A DNA stretch of 64,000 nucleotides from Eledone cirrhosa. Lineage: Eukaryota. The stretch covers positions 83,700,001 through 83,764,000 of the forward strand of contig OZ024744.1 of NCBI GenBank assembly GCA_964016885.1. The letters are read 5' to 3'. The notes beneath the pieces were generated by a model that saw only the letters and a list, made by a program, of their open reading frames with translations, was not told where the DNA came from and ran no database searches. Positions 26,815-40,997 of the stretch are shown here, in pieces; the first letter of the stretch is position 1, and every line of letters begins with the position of its first letter. Position numbers and translations under genes: made by a program.

Positions 26815-28005
26815 AGTCTTAGTATTAGTTCCTCCAGTCCCTTGTGGAACATTAGGCGCGAGTTTCCTCCACTTGATCCTGTCACTGCTGGCCCTTCTAG
26901 CACCCCTCCAGGTAATTCCCATCTCCCGCAGGTCCTCCCTGAATGTGTTCCGCCATGTTTTTCGTGGTCTTCCCCGTTCTCTCCTGCCACCTTCTGGTAC
27001 CCAATCCATGGCAATATGAGCAGGTCGATCTGCCGGCAAACGAAGGATGTGGCCCGCGAACCGCCGTCTCCTTTTCCGGACAATGTCCCTTAACCTCTCC
27101 AATCCTGACCTCCTCATCACTTCCTCGTTGCTAACTTGGTCTCTCCATGAAATTTTCAATATGGTCCGAATGCAACGATGGTGGAATACATCAAGCTTGT
27201 TACATTCACTTTCCGTACTCTTCCATGTCTCACAGGCATATATCGCTGTTGGCACTACAATGGACATGTAAACAAGGAATTTGACGGCGTTGCCGATGGA
27301 CCACCTGGACCATACCGGACGGAGTCGCTGGAAGACCGCCGCTGCTTTTCCCAGCCTTGTGCGCACATCCACCTCAGCATCCCCATCGTCAGAGATGTTG
27401 TTGCTAAGGTATTGGAAGTGGTTTACACATTCAATGTTACGCTGAGCAACCATGATGGGAGGATTTCTAGGGTCACCTGTCGACATGGTCTTGGTTTTTT
27501 TCACAACTGATGCGCAGGCCAACTTTCTCTGCATTGTCATTCAGAACGTTTGTCATCTCTTGCAGGTCTTCTCGGGAATGACCTATCACTGCGATGTCAT
27601 CGGCAAAGTCCAGGTCGCTTAATCTCCTTCCATCCCAACTGTTGCCAAAACGAGGGTGACTCATTGTATTCTTCGTGATGAAATCGATGACAATGAGGAA
27701 AAGGAAATGCGAAAGGATGCAGCCTTGTCGAACACCCGTCAAGATGTCAAACATTTCCGTGTTTCCGTCCTTTGTCCTATCGCAGCACCTGGAATGTCGG
27801 TACAGCGACCTGAAGATGTTAATATATTTCTCTGGGACACCGTAGAGTCTTACAATCTTCCACAATGACTCCCGATGAACACTGTCGAAAGCTTTCATGA
27901 AGTCAATGTAGTTGACAACAAGGGACTTGTAGAACTCCCGACATTGTTCAATGATATTTCGGAGAGTGAAGATCTGCTCTGAACAAGACCTTCCACTGCG
28001 GAAGC
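26812..28005 (-). pseudogene. 5'-truncated RTE-clade LINE (RT plus C-terminus), frameshifted
   Basis: KAFDSV, GVRQGCILS, LDFADDI, FQYL, YACETW, RFAGHILR, GRPRKTW. Confidence 0.9.
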
Positions 28006-28009
28006 TAGC

Positions 28010-28940
28010 CTGTTCGTCTCGAAGAAGACTACCCCTTTAAGAAAACCTACTGTACAAATAGGAAATGTGTTATATGTAAAATGAACCCCCAGATAAATTG
28101 TAAAACTAGAAATGTAATCTATAGCGTAAGATGTACAGAGACATGACAACGAGTAGAAACATGACAACGACATGATGAGACATGGTGAGACAGTTCGAAG
28201 TATAGGAGAAAGAATAGACAAACACAGGGGGAATTAAAAGGACAAAAATACGGTGTCAGTAGTATATGAACACGCCATACAAAGACATGACAGTAATATG
28301 AACAACATAGAAATTAAAATAATATCTAAGCATAGAAATGACTCAACAGGGAGGCAAATGAGAGAAGCAACTGAGATAGAACTAAGAAGACCGAAGTTTA
28401 ACAGAAAGAATGAATGGTATAACAACAACGACCATACCCAAATAAACAATACTAATTTAAGGGAAATGTAAATAAATAAATAAACAAATATATATAAATA
28501 TGTACAATAACAATAAACTCATATAAACACACACTAGTGAACAAAGATAGAATACAAAAACAAAAACACATACACTCAAATGCGAACACACAAAACAAAC
28601 ATTATACACACGCAAACACATAGACAGAGACAAGAGGAAATAAGTTAATTAATCAAATAAAAATGGTGTAGACATTACAATACAATGGGAGGAAACATAA
28701 TAGTACCACCAATGATGTTGCAAATGTGCGACGAAAGAACTCAGATAGACTATATATATTTATATCTGTATTTTTAACCGCTGGTCAATCCATGATTAAC
28801 ACTGATTGACAAATAAATTAACTATGGAGATATAAAAGATACAGCAGCGAAAACCAACCCAAACCAAACAGTAAGTGTGTTCTGATATTATTTCTGGCAA
28901 TATTATAACAATATGACCCTCCCAAGTATAATAATATTGG
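28010..28940 (+). pseudogene. Decayed PLE GIY-YIG endonuclease plus 3' UTR
   Basis: CKTRNVIYSVRC..GETVRSIGER..VVYEHA..RQMREATEIELRRPKFNRKNEW; homologous to 53455..54150; decayed HHR near 28705-28745. Confidence 0.85.
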
Positions 28941-29034
28941 TTTCGACACACGATTTCATATAAAAAACCTTGCAATATATATATATGTGCCCCAGCATGG
29001 CCTCAGCCGGATGGCTGAAACAGGTAAAAGAGAA

Positions 29035-29109
<75 letters not shown>

Positions 29110-29114
29110 ATACT

Positions 29115-29282
<168 letters not shown>

Positions 29283-29476
29283 GATAAATCTACCAAGAGT
29301 TTACGGTAGTGTCCAATCCGTATGAAGAACTCAATGTATTCCGGATATCATGGAAAGAAGAGATGTAATGAAAAATCACTTTCGGTGAAAGATAAACGGA
29401 ATACAGAGTCAAGATAAAATATTAAACAAATAATGAATAAAACAATGAAACAGTTCCTTATATTAAACAAAAAAAG

Positions 29477-29628
29477 TTCATTATTTAACGATCGTTTCTA
29501 GGATATATATGTGTTAGAATTGGCATGCATATTCAACAGATCTATGTACAAAATTATACAAAATTATACAAACTATCAAGATTAAATATACATACCAAAC
29601 ACACATATATGCCGTCTTCAGAAATAAT
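29477..29628 (-). ncRNA. Extended hammerhead, inverted-arm copy; stem I cut to 7 bp by the SINE insertion
   Basis: Reverse complement of 39848-39999. Confidence 0.75.
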
Positions 29629-29807
29629 TGTTTCTACTTTAGGCACAAGGCCAGCAATTACCCAGTGCATTACTGGTACTTTATTTTATCGACCCCGTAA
29701 GGATGAAAGGCAAAGTCAACCTCGGCGGGATTTGAACTCAGATCGTAAAGGGACGTAACTATGCTGGAAAGCATGGTGTCCGACCCTCTACCGATACTGC
29801 CAATCTA
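29629..29807 (-). mobile_element. Full-length SINE inserted in the left arm only, with 10-bp TSD
   Basis: TSD cagaaataat at 29619-29628 and 29808-29817; empty site in the right arm at ~39848-39857. Confidence 0.95.
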
Positions 29808-30437
29808 CAGAAATAATGAAATATATTTATTGATAATAACAACAATTCAAAATTTCAGGTCCGTTTGGGAACGGAGTTCAAAATTGACCAATGAAAATAC
29901 AAAAAGTTTTATGCAGTTTGGTGTGTGTATATACATGTAACTAACCCCGTACACATATTTATACAAAGATATATGCTCAACATGCATACGCATGCCAAAA
30001 AGATGTATGCAAATACAAAAGTTTAAGGCTAATGTCTCTGTAAGTTTATAATCCACAGATAAAATGCGTATAGACACATAAATATGAAATAAGTGTATAC
30101 ATATATTCTCATACTCACACATATCCGTACACTCACACACACGCGCGCGTATATGCATAAACATACACATAATTACGAACATACATACACACACACACCC
30201 CCACACACATATATATGTGGATATAATATTATCATAAGCACATGGATATTAATTCACTCACATAAACACTGCCACACACATTTAGATCAAGATACAGAAA
30301 TTAGGTGGGAGGGGGGGAGAGGTCAGTATTCAACGGTTTGGGCAGACTGCTTATTTATAGATGTATCTATAAACTTCGAAATAAAAAGAAAAGAAAAGAA
30401 AAAGAAAAAAGAAAAAAGAAAAAAGAAATATATCAAG

Positions 30438-30496
<59 letters not shown>

Positions 30497-30561
30497 CTAC
30501 ACATACAACCCACACACACACACATATATAAACATATACATATATATATATACACACATAT

Positions 30562-30602
<41 letters not shown>

Positions 30603-31202
30603 TACACATATATACACACACACATATATAGACACACATATATATACACATACACGCACATATACATACACATACATACTTATATACATACAGACATACA
30701 CATACATACATATATATACACACATATACATACAGACATACATACATACATATACACATACACACATACATACACACACATACATACTCATACATAGACA
30801 TAGATATATATTCACCCACACATACGTACTTATATATACGCATATATACAAATACTTACGCATCCATATATCGGTATATACATACAAACGCCACTACACT
30901 CTCACACAACTCAGACATACAAAGAAAAAGGTATATACATATACACATATACACATACAAATAGAGATACATATACATATATATATATATATACACATAT
31001 ATATATATATACATACATATATACACACATATATACATACACATACATACATGTACACACACATACACATACATACATACACACATACACACATACATAT
31101 ATAGTCACACACACACACCTACACAAACATACACATACACATATATAAAGATATATATACACACACATACACACACACACATATATATAAAATGAACATA
31201 TA

Positions 31203-31234
<32 letters not shown>

Positions 31235-32847
31235 CACATATACATACACATATATGTACATACATACACATACATACATACATATACACACATATATATA
31301 TATATATATATACACACATACACACATACATACATACAAACACACATACATACACACACATACATACTCATACATAGACATAGATATATATTCATACACA
31401 CATACGCACTTACATATACGCATATATACAAATACATACGCATCCATATATGCGTATATACATACAAACACCACTACACTCTCACACAACTCAGACATAC
31501 AAAGAAAAAGGTATATACATATACATATATACACACATTAATAGAGATACATATACACATATATATATATATACACATACATTTATATATATACCCACAC
31601 ACACATACAACCATAAACACACATACAAACACATACATACACACATATATACATATATATACACACACACAAAAACACACATACACATATATATTTTTAC
31701 ACATATATATACATATATATACATATACACACCCTCACATATATACATATACACATAAGTTATATTATAATAATAAATAATATATATATATATACACATA
31801 CGAATATATATATACACACATAGATATACATATATATATATACACACACACACACACACTCACATATATATGTGCGCACACGTACATATAAACACATACA
31901 CACATATACACATAAACATATACATGTGCATACATGTACATACACACATATACCCACACAGATACGAAGATAGACATATATATAGAGAGACATACATATA
32001 CATACACATATATACATACACATACATACACACATATATATATATATACACACACATACACGCCCACACACATATACACATATACACATATATATATATA
32101 TATATACACACATATATATACACATGCATATATACACATATATATATATACATATATATATACACACAATCATACATTCTTATTTGCATGCGCATATATG
32201 TATTTTTATACTCAGATATAAACACCCAAACATATATACACCTACCTACATATATATTCATACATACACGCTTACAAACACAGATGATAATAGTATGGGG
32301 GAAAGGGGGGTGGGGGTGGAGAAGGGGATTATAGTAAATATATGTTTCAAGAAACATAGAATATTAATCTGTATTTGGATCTCAATATATGTTTTTACAT
32401 AGTTTCAGTGTTAGGAAATGCAAGAAATAAGGCAAAATTATGCATTTCAAAATAAGTATACCATTAATTATATGTTAACTAAACTAAAGAAAGTTAACAT
32501 ATTGATTTCTAAGGTGTAAATTAGTTAGGTTTATAATATTTGAAGCAGAATTTTGAAGTTAAATAGTAGTAGAGTATTAATTATAGTATAACTAAATTAA
32601 AGTTATTAACGTTATGGTATCAATATTAGGAAATGAATTTAGTAATAGGGAAAAAACAAATAAAGTATTACATCGGTAGTAGAATATAAATTATAGGTTA
32701 ACTAAATTAAAAATTATATATTAATTTCTATAGTATATGTTAATTAGGTATATAATAAATAAAACAGATATTGTATTTTATCAATAGCAGAATATAATTA
32801 TATGCAAATAGAAATCAAAATTAATACATATACATATACATATACAT

Positions 32848-32908
<61 letters not shown>

Positions 32909-34111
32909 TACATACATACACATACATATACATACATACATATACATATTTTTTCAAAAATTGCAAAGAATATATTAACTAGGTATACATCCAAAACACA
33001 TCCCATTCTATGATTACATGACACTCTGCAATCCGTCTGTATTAGGATACTAATTTTAAGCCAATTAAATTAAATTTTTAGGTTGACTAAATTTAAAACC
33101 AAATTATAAATATATTTCTAAAATGTATATTAATTAGGTCTATAATACTAAAAATTATTTCTCTGTCATTGGATACACGATATTTTGTTATATTTTATCT
33201 GTAAAGGAATTTTAATAAAGGGTTAAATAAATTAAAATTAATCTATAAATTAAATTACTAAGTATATATTAGTAATATTTAAAGGTTTTTCACAATTTAT
33301 GATTACACAATATTTTATATTCTCATCTGTAGTAGAATTTTAATTAAATTAAATTTATAGGTTAACTAACATTTAAATTAAATTATATATTAATTTCTAA
33401 AATAATGTTATTAATTAGGTTTATAATATTTAAATGTTTTTTTTAGTTTATGATTACACGATATAATTAATTCCTGTCGTTTATTTAATAGGATATCCTT
33501 AGATTTCATTATTTCAAATAGTTCTTGGGAACATAATCTACATTCATTTCTATTATTTTGATAAGGGGTGGCTCTTTTGAGCACACTCCAGGTCAAATCA
33601 TATTCTATATTCTTATTTTTATAACTATTGATTTTTTCTGCTAGAGATGTTGTATTAGCCAGTGCGGCATTTTTAAAACTATTCTTGTGGGTATTAAACC
33701 TTGTCTTAAAATTGTTAGAAGTAGCTCCTATATATGAGCAAATAGAATCTTTAGTTTTAACATTACATTTATAGACTATGTTGTTAACAAGACAATTCCC
33801 TTTTAATGGGCAGTTTGCTTTGTTTCTACAGTTACAACCTTTCGTTAATTCTGTATTTGAGGAGATATTATGGTTAATTTGATGTATTGGTGGTATACTT
33901 ATGGTTTTCTTACATTTATATGCATTATAGGCACTTATATTTTGTTTTATGTTATTTGTTGTTGAGTATGAGAATTTAACTGTAGACCTATTTAAGATTT
34001 GATGGTATTTGATGGTATAAAGTTTGATTTATGATCCTTCAGGTTGAAGTGTGGTCTTTTCAATGCCAAAGGTTCAGTTCTATCTTCAATGTTTAGTTTT
34101 TTTACTATGTT

Positions 34112-36271
34112 GTGTGTTTTGATTCTACCCTATTGGACCTAAAAAAGTCTAAAAAAATCCATGTCCACTCGGACAAAACTGGTAACTTGTATCACATGGA
34201 TATTGAACATTATAATGAGTTCATATATAAAGAACTCAGAAAAAATTATAAAAAATCTAATAATGCGTCACTCACCAACATCAACAACAAAACACACAAC
34301 ATAGTAAAAAAACTAAACATTGAAGATAGAACTGAACCTTTGGCATTGAAAAGACCACACTTCAACCTGAAGGATCATAAATCAAACTTTAACTCAAATC
34401 CTTCTATAAGACTTATATGTCCCTCCAAATCAGATATTGGAATAATTAGCAAAAAAATTTTGGATAGAGTCATCCCACAAATAAGAAAACACGTTATTTT
34501 ACCACTCTGGGAAAACACCTCCCAGGTAATTAACTGGTTTAAAAATATTAGATGTAAATCTTCTGCTTCATTTCTACAATTTGATATAGATAATTACTAT
34601 TCTTCTATATCACCTATACTCCTGAACAAAGCATTGATATTTGCTAAAAATAGATCTAACTTAACTTTGGATGACATTAATATTATTACACATGCTAGAC
34701 TAACACTTATTGAATTTCAGAATGAATACTGGACCAGAAACACATATAGTAATCTATTTGATATTACTATGGGTTCAAGCGATTCCGCCCAAATTACTGA
34801 TCTTGTGGGCCTCTTTCTCCTTTTCAACATAAATGCCTCCTTTCCCCACCTTAAAGGTGGTTTATATCGTGATGACTGTCTTCTTCTTTCTAACAACCTT
34901 AGCCTTTCAGAAATAGAAAAAAACAAAAAACATATTAGAACTTTCCTTAAAGACTATTATAATCTTCATATTACTTTTGAAAAAACAAGTAAAGTAGTAA
35001 ATTTCCTAGATATAACTTTAGATTTTGCTACGGGTATCTACCAACCTTACCATAAACCAAACCAAAACTTACATTACATACACTCACAATCTAATCACCC
35101 TAAATCTATCCTTAAAAACCTTGCATATAATATATCACTTAGAATTTCTAACCTTTCTTCTAACCAAGATGTATTTGATAAAAATGCGACCTTCTATAAC
35201 GAAGCTCTAGATAGAAGTGGCCACAAAAATAGATTAGAATATATACCTTCTACTAAAAATACTAAAAGCATACAACCTAATATTACCAACAAACACCAAA
35301 TGAAAAGTACACACCTAAATGCCACCCACACTATACCCCAAAATACCAAATCTTCTAATATAAAATATAGTAACTCTCAAAAAACTACTCATCATACAAC
35401 TCTAATAAATATTAATAATAAAACTCCTAATAAAAAAGATAAAACACCTAAATCTACAAATATAACTAAAAATGGTTGTGGTGAGATCATTAACATTAAT
35501 CCTCCTAGTAAACATCACGATACAACCTATAAAAATAATAAAAATAATAAACAACATAGAAACCGTAATAGACGGGTTACTTGGTATAATGCTCCATTTA
35601 ATTTACAAATTAAGGATAATATTGCTAAAAAATTTTTTTATATCCTAGAGAAAAACTTCCCGCCAAACCACAAATACCATCAAATCTTAAATAGGTCTAC
35701 AGTTAAATTCTCATACTCAACAACAAATAACATAAAACAAAATATAAGTGCCTATAATGCATATAAATGTAAGAAAACCATAAGTATACCACCAATACAT
35801 CAAATTAACCATAATATCTCCTCAAATACAGAATTAACGAAAGGTTGTAACTGTAGAAACAAAGCAAACTGCCCATTAAAAGGGAATTGTCTTGTTAACA
35901 ACATAGTCTATAAATGTAATGTTAAAACTAAAGATTCTATTTGCTCATATATAGGAGCTACTTCTAACAATTTTAAGACAAGGTTTAATACCCACAAGCA
36001 TAGTTTTAAAAATGCCGCACTGGCTAATACAACATCTCTAGCAGAAAAAATCAATAGTTATAAAAATAAGAATATAGAATATGATTTGACCTGGAGTGTG
36101 CTCAAAAGAGCCACCCCTTATCAAAATAATAGAAATGAATGTAGATTATGTTCCCAAGAACTATTTGAAATAATGAAATCTAAGGATATCCTATTAAATA
36201 AACGACAGGAATTAATTATATCGTGTAATCATAAACTAAAAAAAACATTTAAATATTATAAACCTAATTAA
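34112..36271 (+). CDS. Penelope-like RT + GIY-YIG endonuclease polyprotein (5'-truncated, frame open)
   Basis: FDIDNYYSSI, ITMGSSDS, YRDD, VNFLDITLD, SNHP, TWYNAPF, CNCRNKANCPLKGNC, IVYKC..YIGAT..FKTRFNTH, CRLCSQE. Confidence 0.93.
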   Translation: MCFDSTLLDLKKSKKIHVHSDKTGNLYHMDIEHYNEFIYKELRKNYKKSNNASLTNINNKTHNIVKKLNIEDRTEPLALKRPHFNLKDHKSNFNSNPSIRLICPSKSDIGIISKKILDRVIPQIRKHVILPLWENTSQVINWFKNIRCKSSASFLQFDIDNYYSSISPILLNKALIFAKNRSNLTLDDINIITHARLTLIEFQNEYWTRNTYSNLFDITMGSSDSAQITDLVGLFLLFNINASFPHLKGGLYRDDCLLLSNNLSLSEIEKNKKHIRTFLKDYYNLHITFEKTSKVVNFLDITLDFATGIYQPYHKPNQNLHYIHSQSNHPKSILKNLAYNISLRISNLSSNQDVFDKNATFYNEALDRSGHKNRLEYIPSTKNTKSIQPNITNKHQMKSTHLNATHTIPQNTKSSNIKYSNSQKTTHHTTLININNKTPNKKDKTPKSTNITKNGCGEIININPPSKHHDTTYKNNKNNKQHRNRNRRVTWYNAPFNLQIKDNIAKKFFYILEKNFPPNHKYHQILNRSTVKFSYSTTNNIKQNISAYNAYKCKKTISIPPIHQINHNISSNTELTKGCNCRNKANCPLKGNCLVNNIVYKCNVKTKDSICSYIGATSNNFKTRFNTHKHSFKNAALANTTSLAEKINSYKNKNIEYDLTWSVLKRATPYQNNRNECRLCSQELFEIMKSKDILLNKRQELIISCNHKLKKTFKYYKPN

Positions 36272-36773
36272 TAACATTATTTTAGAAATTAATATATAAT
36301 TTAATTTAAATGTTAGTTAACCTATAAATTTAATTTAATTAAAATTCTACTACAGATGAGAATATAAAATATTGTGTAATCATAAATTGTGAAAAACCTT
36401 TAAATATTACTAATATATACTTAGTAATTTAATTTATAGATTAATTTTAATTTATTTAACCCTTTATTAAAATTCCTTTACAGATAAAATATAACAAAAT
36501 ATCGTGTATCCAATGACAGAGAAATAATTTTTAGTATTATAGACCTAATTAATATACATTTTAGAAATATATTTATAATTTGGTTTTAAATTTAGTCAAC
36601 CTAAAAATTTAATTTAATTGGCTTAAAATTAGTATCCTAATACAGACGGATTGCAGAGTGTCATGTAATCATAGAATGGGATGTGTTTTGGATGTATACC
36701 TAGTTAATATATTCTTTGCAATTTTTGAAAAAATATGTATATGTATGTATGTATATGTATGTGTATGTATGTA

Positions 36774-36834
<61 letters not shown>

Positions 36835-38453
36835 ATGTATATGTATATGTATATGTATTAATTTTGATTTCTATTTGCATATAATTATATTCTGCTATTG
36901 ATAAAATACAATATCTGTTTTATTTATTATATACCTAATTAACATATACTATAGAAATTAATATATAATTTTTAATTTAGTTAACCTATAATTTATATTC
37001 TACTACCGATGTAATACTTTATTTGTTTTTTCCCTATTACTAAATTCATTTCCTAATATTGATACCATAACGTTAATAACTTTAATTTAGTTATACTATA
37101 ATTAATACTCTACTACTATTTAACTTCAAAATTCTGCTTCAAATATTATAAACCTAACTAATTTACACCTTAGAAATCAATATGTTAACTTTCTTTAGTT
37201 TAGTTAACATATAATTAATGGTATACTTATTTTGAAATGCATAATTTTGCCTTATTTCTTGCATTTCCTAACACTGAAACTATGTAAAAATATATATTGA
37301 GATCCAAATACAGATTAATATTCTATGTTTCTTGAAACATATATTTACTATAATCCCCTTCTCCACCCCCACCCCCCTTTCCCCCATACTATTATCATCT
37401 GTGTTTGTAAGCGTGTATGTATGAATATATATGTAGGTAGGTGTATATATGTTTGGGTGTTTATATCTGAGTATAAAAATACATATATGCGCATGCAAAT
37501 AAGAATGTATGATTGTGTGTATATATATATGTATATATATATATATATGTGTATATATGCATGTGTATATATATGTGTGTATATATATATATATATATGT
37601 GTATATGGGTATATGTGTGTGGGCGTGTATGTGTGTGTATATATATATATATGTGTGTATGTATGTGTATGTATATATGTGTATGTATATGTATGTCTCT
37701 CTATATATATGTCTATCTTCGTATCTATGTGGGTATATGTGTGTATGTACATGTATGCACATGTATATGTTTATGTGTATATGTGTGTATGTGTTTATAT
37801 GTACGTGTGCGCACATATATATGTGAGTGTGTGTGTGTGTGTGTATATATATATATGTATATCTATGTGTGTATATATATATTCGTATGTGTATATATAT
37901 ATATATTATTTATTATTATAATATAACTTATGTGTATATGTATATATGTGAGGGTGTGTATATGTATATATATGTATATATATGTGTAAAAATATATATG
38001 TGTATGTGTGTTTTTGTGTGTGTGTATATATATGTATATATGTGTGTATGTATGTGTTTGTATGTGTGTTTATGGTTGTATGTGTGTGTGGGTATATATA
38101 TAAATGTATGTGTATATATATATATATATATGTGTATATGTATCTCTATTAATGTGTGTATATATGTATATGTATATACCTTTTTCTTTGTATGTCTGAG
38201 TTGTGTGAGAGTGTAGTGGTGTTTGTATGTATATACGCATATATGGATGCGTATGTATTTGTATATATGCGTATATGTAAGTGCGTATGTGTGTATGAAT
38301 ATATATCTATGTCTATGTATGAGTATGTATGTGTGTGTATGTATGTGTGTGTGTATGTATGTATGTGTGTATGTGTGTATATATATATATATATATGTGT
38401 GTATATGTATGTATGTATGTGTATGTATGTACATATATGTGTATGTATATGTG

Positions 38454-38485
<32 letters not shown>

Positions 38486-39085
38486 TGTTTATTTTATATA
38501 TATATGTGTGTGTGTGTATGTGTGTGTATATATATCTTTATATATGTGTATGTGTATGTTTGTGTAGGTGTGTGTGTGTGTGTGACTATATATGTATGTG
38601 TGTATGTGTGTATGTATGTATGTGTATGTGTGTGTACATGTATGTATGTGTATGTATATATGTGTGTATATATGTATGTATATATATATATATGTGTATA
38701 TATATATATATATGTATATGTATCTCTATTTGTATGTGTATATGTGTATATGTATATACCTTTTTCTTTGTATGTCTGAGTTGTGTGAGAGTGTAGTGGT
38801 GTTTGTATGTATATACCGATATATGGATGCGTAAGTATTTGTATATATGCGTATATATAAGTACGTATGTGTGGGTGAATATATATCTATGTCTATGTAT
38901 GAGTATGTATGTGTGTGTATGTATGTGTGTATGTGTATATGTATGTATGTATGTCTGTATGTATATGTGTGTATATATATGTATGTATGTGTATGTCTGT
39001 ATGTATATAAGTATGTATGTGTATGTATATGTGCGTGTATGTGTATATATATGTGTCTATATATGTGTGTGTGTATATATGTGTA

Positions 39086-39126
<41 letters not shown>

Positions 39127-39191
39127 ATATGTGTGTATATATATATATGTATATGTTTATATATGTGTGTGTGTGTGGGTTGTATGTGTAG

Positions 39192-39234
<43 letters not shown>

Positions 39235-39844
39235 CTTGATATATTTCTTTTTTCTTTTTTCTTTTTCTTTTCTTTTCTTTTTATTTCGAAGTTTATAGAT
39301 ACATCTATAAATAAGCAGTCTGCCCAAACCGTTGAATACTGACCTCTCCCCCCCTCCCACCTAATTTCTGTATCTTGATCTAAATGTGTGTGGCAGTGTT
39401 TATGTGAGTGAATTAATATCCATGTGCTTATGATAATATTATATCCACATATATATGTGTGTGGGGGTGTGTGTGTGTATGTATGTTCGTAATTATGTGT
39501 ATGTTTATGCATATACGCGCGCGTGTGTGTGAGTGTACGGATATGTGTGAGTATGAGAATATATGTATACACTTATTTCATATTTATGTGTCTATACGCA
39601 TTTTATCTGTGGATTATAAACTTACAGAGACATTAGCCTTAAATTTTTGTATTTGCATACATCTTTTTGGCATGCGTATGCATGTTGAGCATATATCTTT
39701 GTATAAATATGTGTACGGGGTTAGTTACATGTATATACACACACCAAACTGCATAAAACTTTTTGTATTTTCATTGGTCAATTTTGAACTCCGTTCCCAA
39801 ACGGACCTGAAATTTTGAATTGTTGTTATTATCAATAAATATAT

Positions 39845-39999
39845 TTCATTATTTCTGAAGACGGCATATATGTGTGTTTGGTATGTATATTTAATCTTGA
39901 TAGTTTGTATAATTTTGTATAATTTTGTACATAGATCTGTTGAATATGCATGCCAATTCTAACACATATATATCCTAGAAACGATCGTTAAATAATGAA
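39845..39999 (+). ncRNA. Type-I hammerhead with 116-nt stem II domain
   Basis: UUCAUUAUUU-CUGAAGA-CGGCAUAUAUGUGU..ACACAUAUAUAUCCUA-GAAA-CGAUCG-UU-AAAUAAUGAA; 10-bp stem I, palindromic stem III. Confidence 0.8.
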
Positions 40000-40053
40000 C
40001 TTTTTTTGTTTAATATAAGGAACTGTTTCATTGTTTTATTCATTATTTGTTTA

Positions 40054-40084
<31 letters not shown>

Positions 40085-40223
40085 TCTGTTTCTTTTTTAT
40101 TATAAGTTGAGCCAACTTATGCAGCTTCATATGCAAATGAGATTAATCACCTCATTTACACAGACGAGAAATGTATATATTCTCAGCTGTCTTCTAGTCC
40201 AGCAGTCGCAAGCGGTGGGAGGG

Positions 40224-40267
40224 ACCGTCCTGACGAAGGCCAATTAAGCCTGAAATGCATAGACGGT
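40224..40267 (+). ncRNA. Canonical minimal type-I hammerhead ribozyme
   Basis: ACCGUC-CUGACGA-AGGC CAAUUAA GCCU-GAAA-UGCA-UA-GACGGU; all core positions intact. Confidence 0.9.
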
Positions 40268-40397
40268 TGTCCCCCTTGCTTCTGCTGGACATCAGCAGAG
40301 GGCTTTAGCCCCCCGGTGTTTACATAGCTACGGCTTCCTAAAACTGTATTTCTTTGGAGATACGAAATATTTAAACATATATATATAGAGAGAGAGA

Positions 40398-40740
40398 GAA
40401 AAAAAGATGAAATCGAAAATGCAACTGGAGTCTTATTTTTTAAAAAAATATATATATTTATTTGGTTCCTTTACCGGTTTTGCAGTTCTTCTGCTTTTCA
40501 AGAGTAGAGTTGAGATGGAGGGTCTGTGGTTTTTCTCAGATGTGAGAAAAACCACAGCCCCTCCATCTGAACTCTACTTTTGAAAAGCAGAAGAACTGAG
40601 AAACGGGTAAAGGAACCAAATAAATATATATATTTTTTTAAAAATAAGACTCCAGTTGCATTTTCGAGTTCATCTTTTTTTCTTTATACTTTCACTCGTG
40701 TGGGACACCTTGGTTATTTTTCATTTTGTAAAAAAACCTC
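40398..40740. mobile_element. Hairpin element (~140-bp arms, apex ~40540) with a U3-A8 HHR in each arm
   Basis: Plus strand 40577-40612: CUU-UUGAAAA-GCAG AAGAA CUGA-GAAA-CGGG-UA-AAG; minus strand 40469-40504 has CUGC-AAAA-CCGG. Confidence 0.75.
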
Positions 40741-40769
40741 ACTTTCTAATAAATAATATATATATATAT

Positions 40770-40906
40770 AGTTTTGTATGGCGTCGTAACATATTGTTTA
40801 GCTCTAGATTTTTAACTATCGAGCGCTTGCCAGTATCATACCTGACGTTTTCGTTTCGTTTCGCTATTTCTACCCGCCGAAATGCGATTCTCGCTGAATC
40901 TATATT

Positions 40907-40910
<4 letters not shown>
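40770..40910 (+). mobile_element. 3'-end fragment of the 0.6-kb HHR element family
   Basis: Reverse complement of ~41410-41550; ends gccgaaatgcgattctcgctgaatctatattt then (TA)n. Confidence 0.75.
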
Positions 40911-40997
<87 letters not shown>

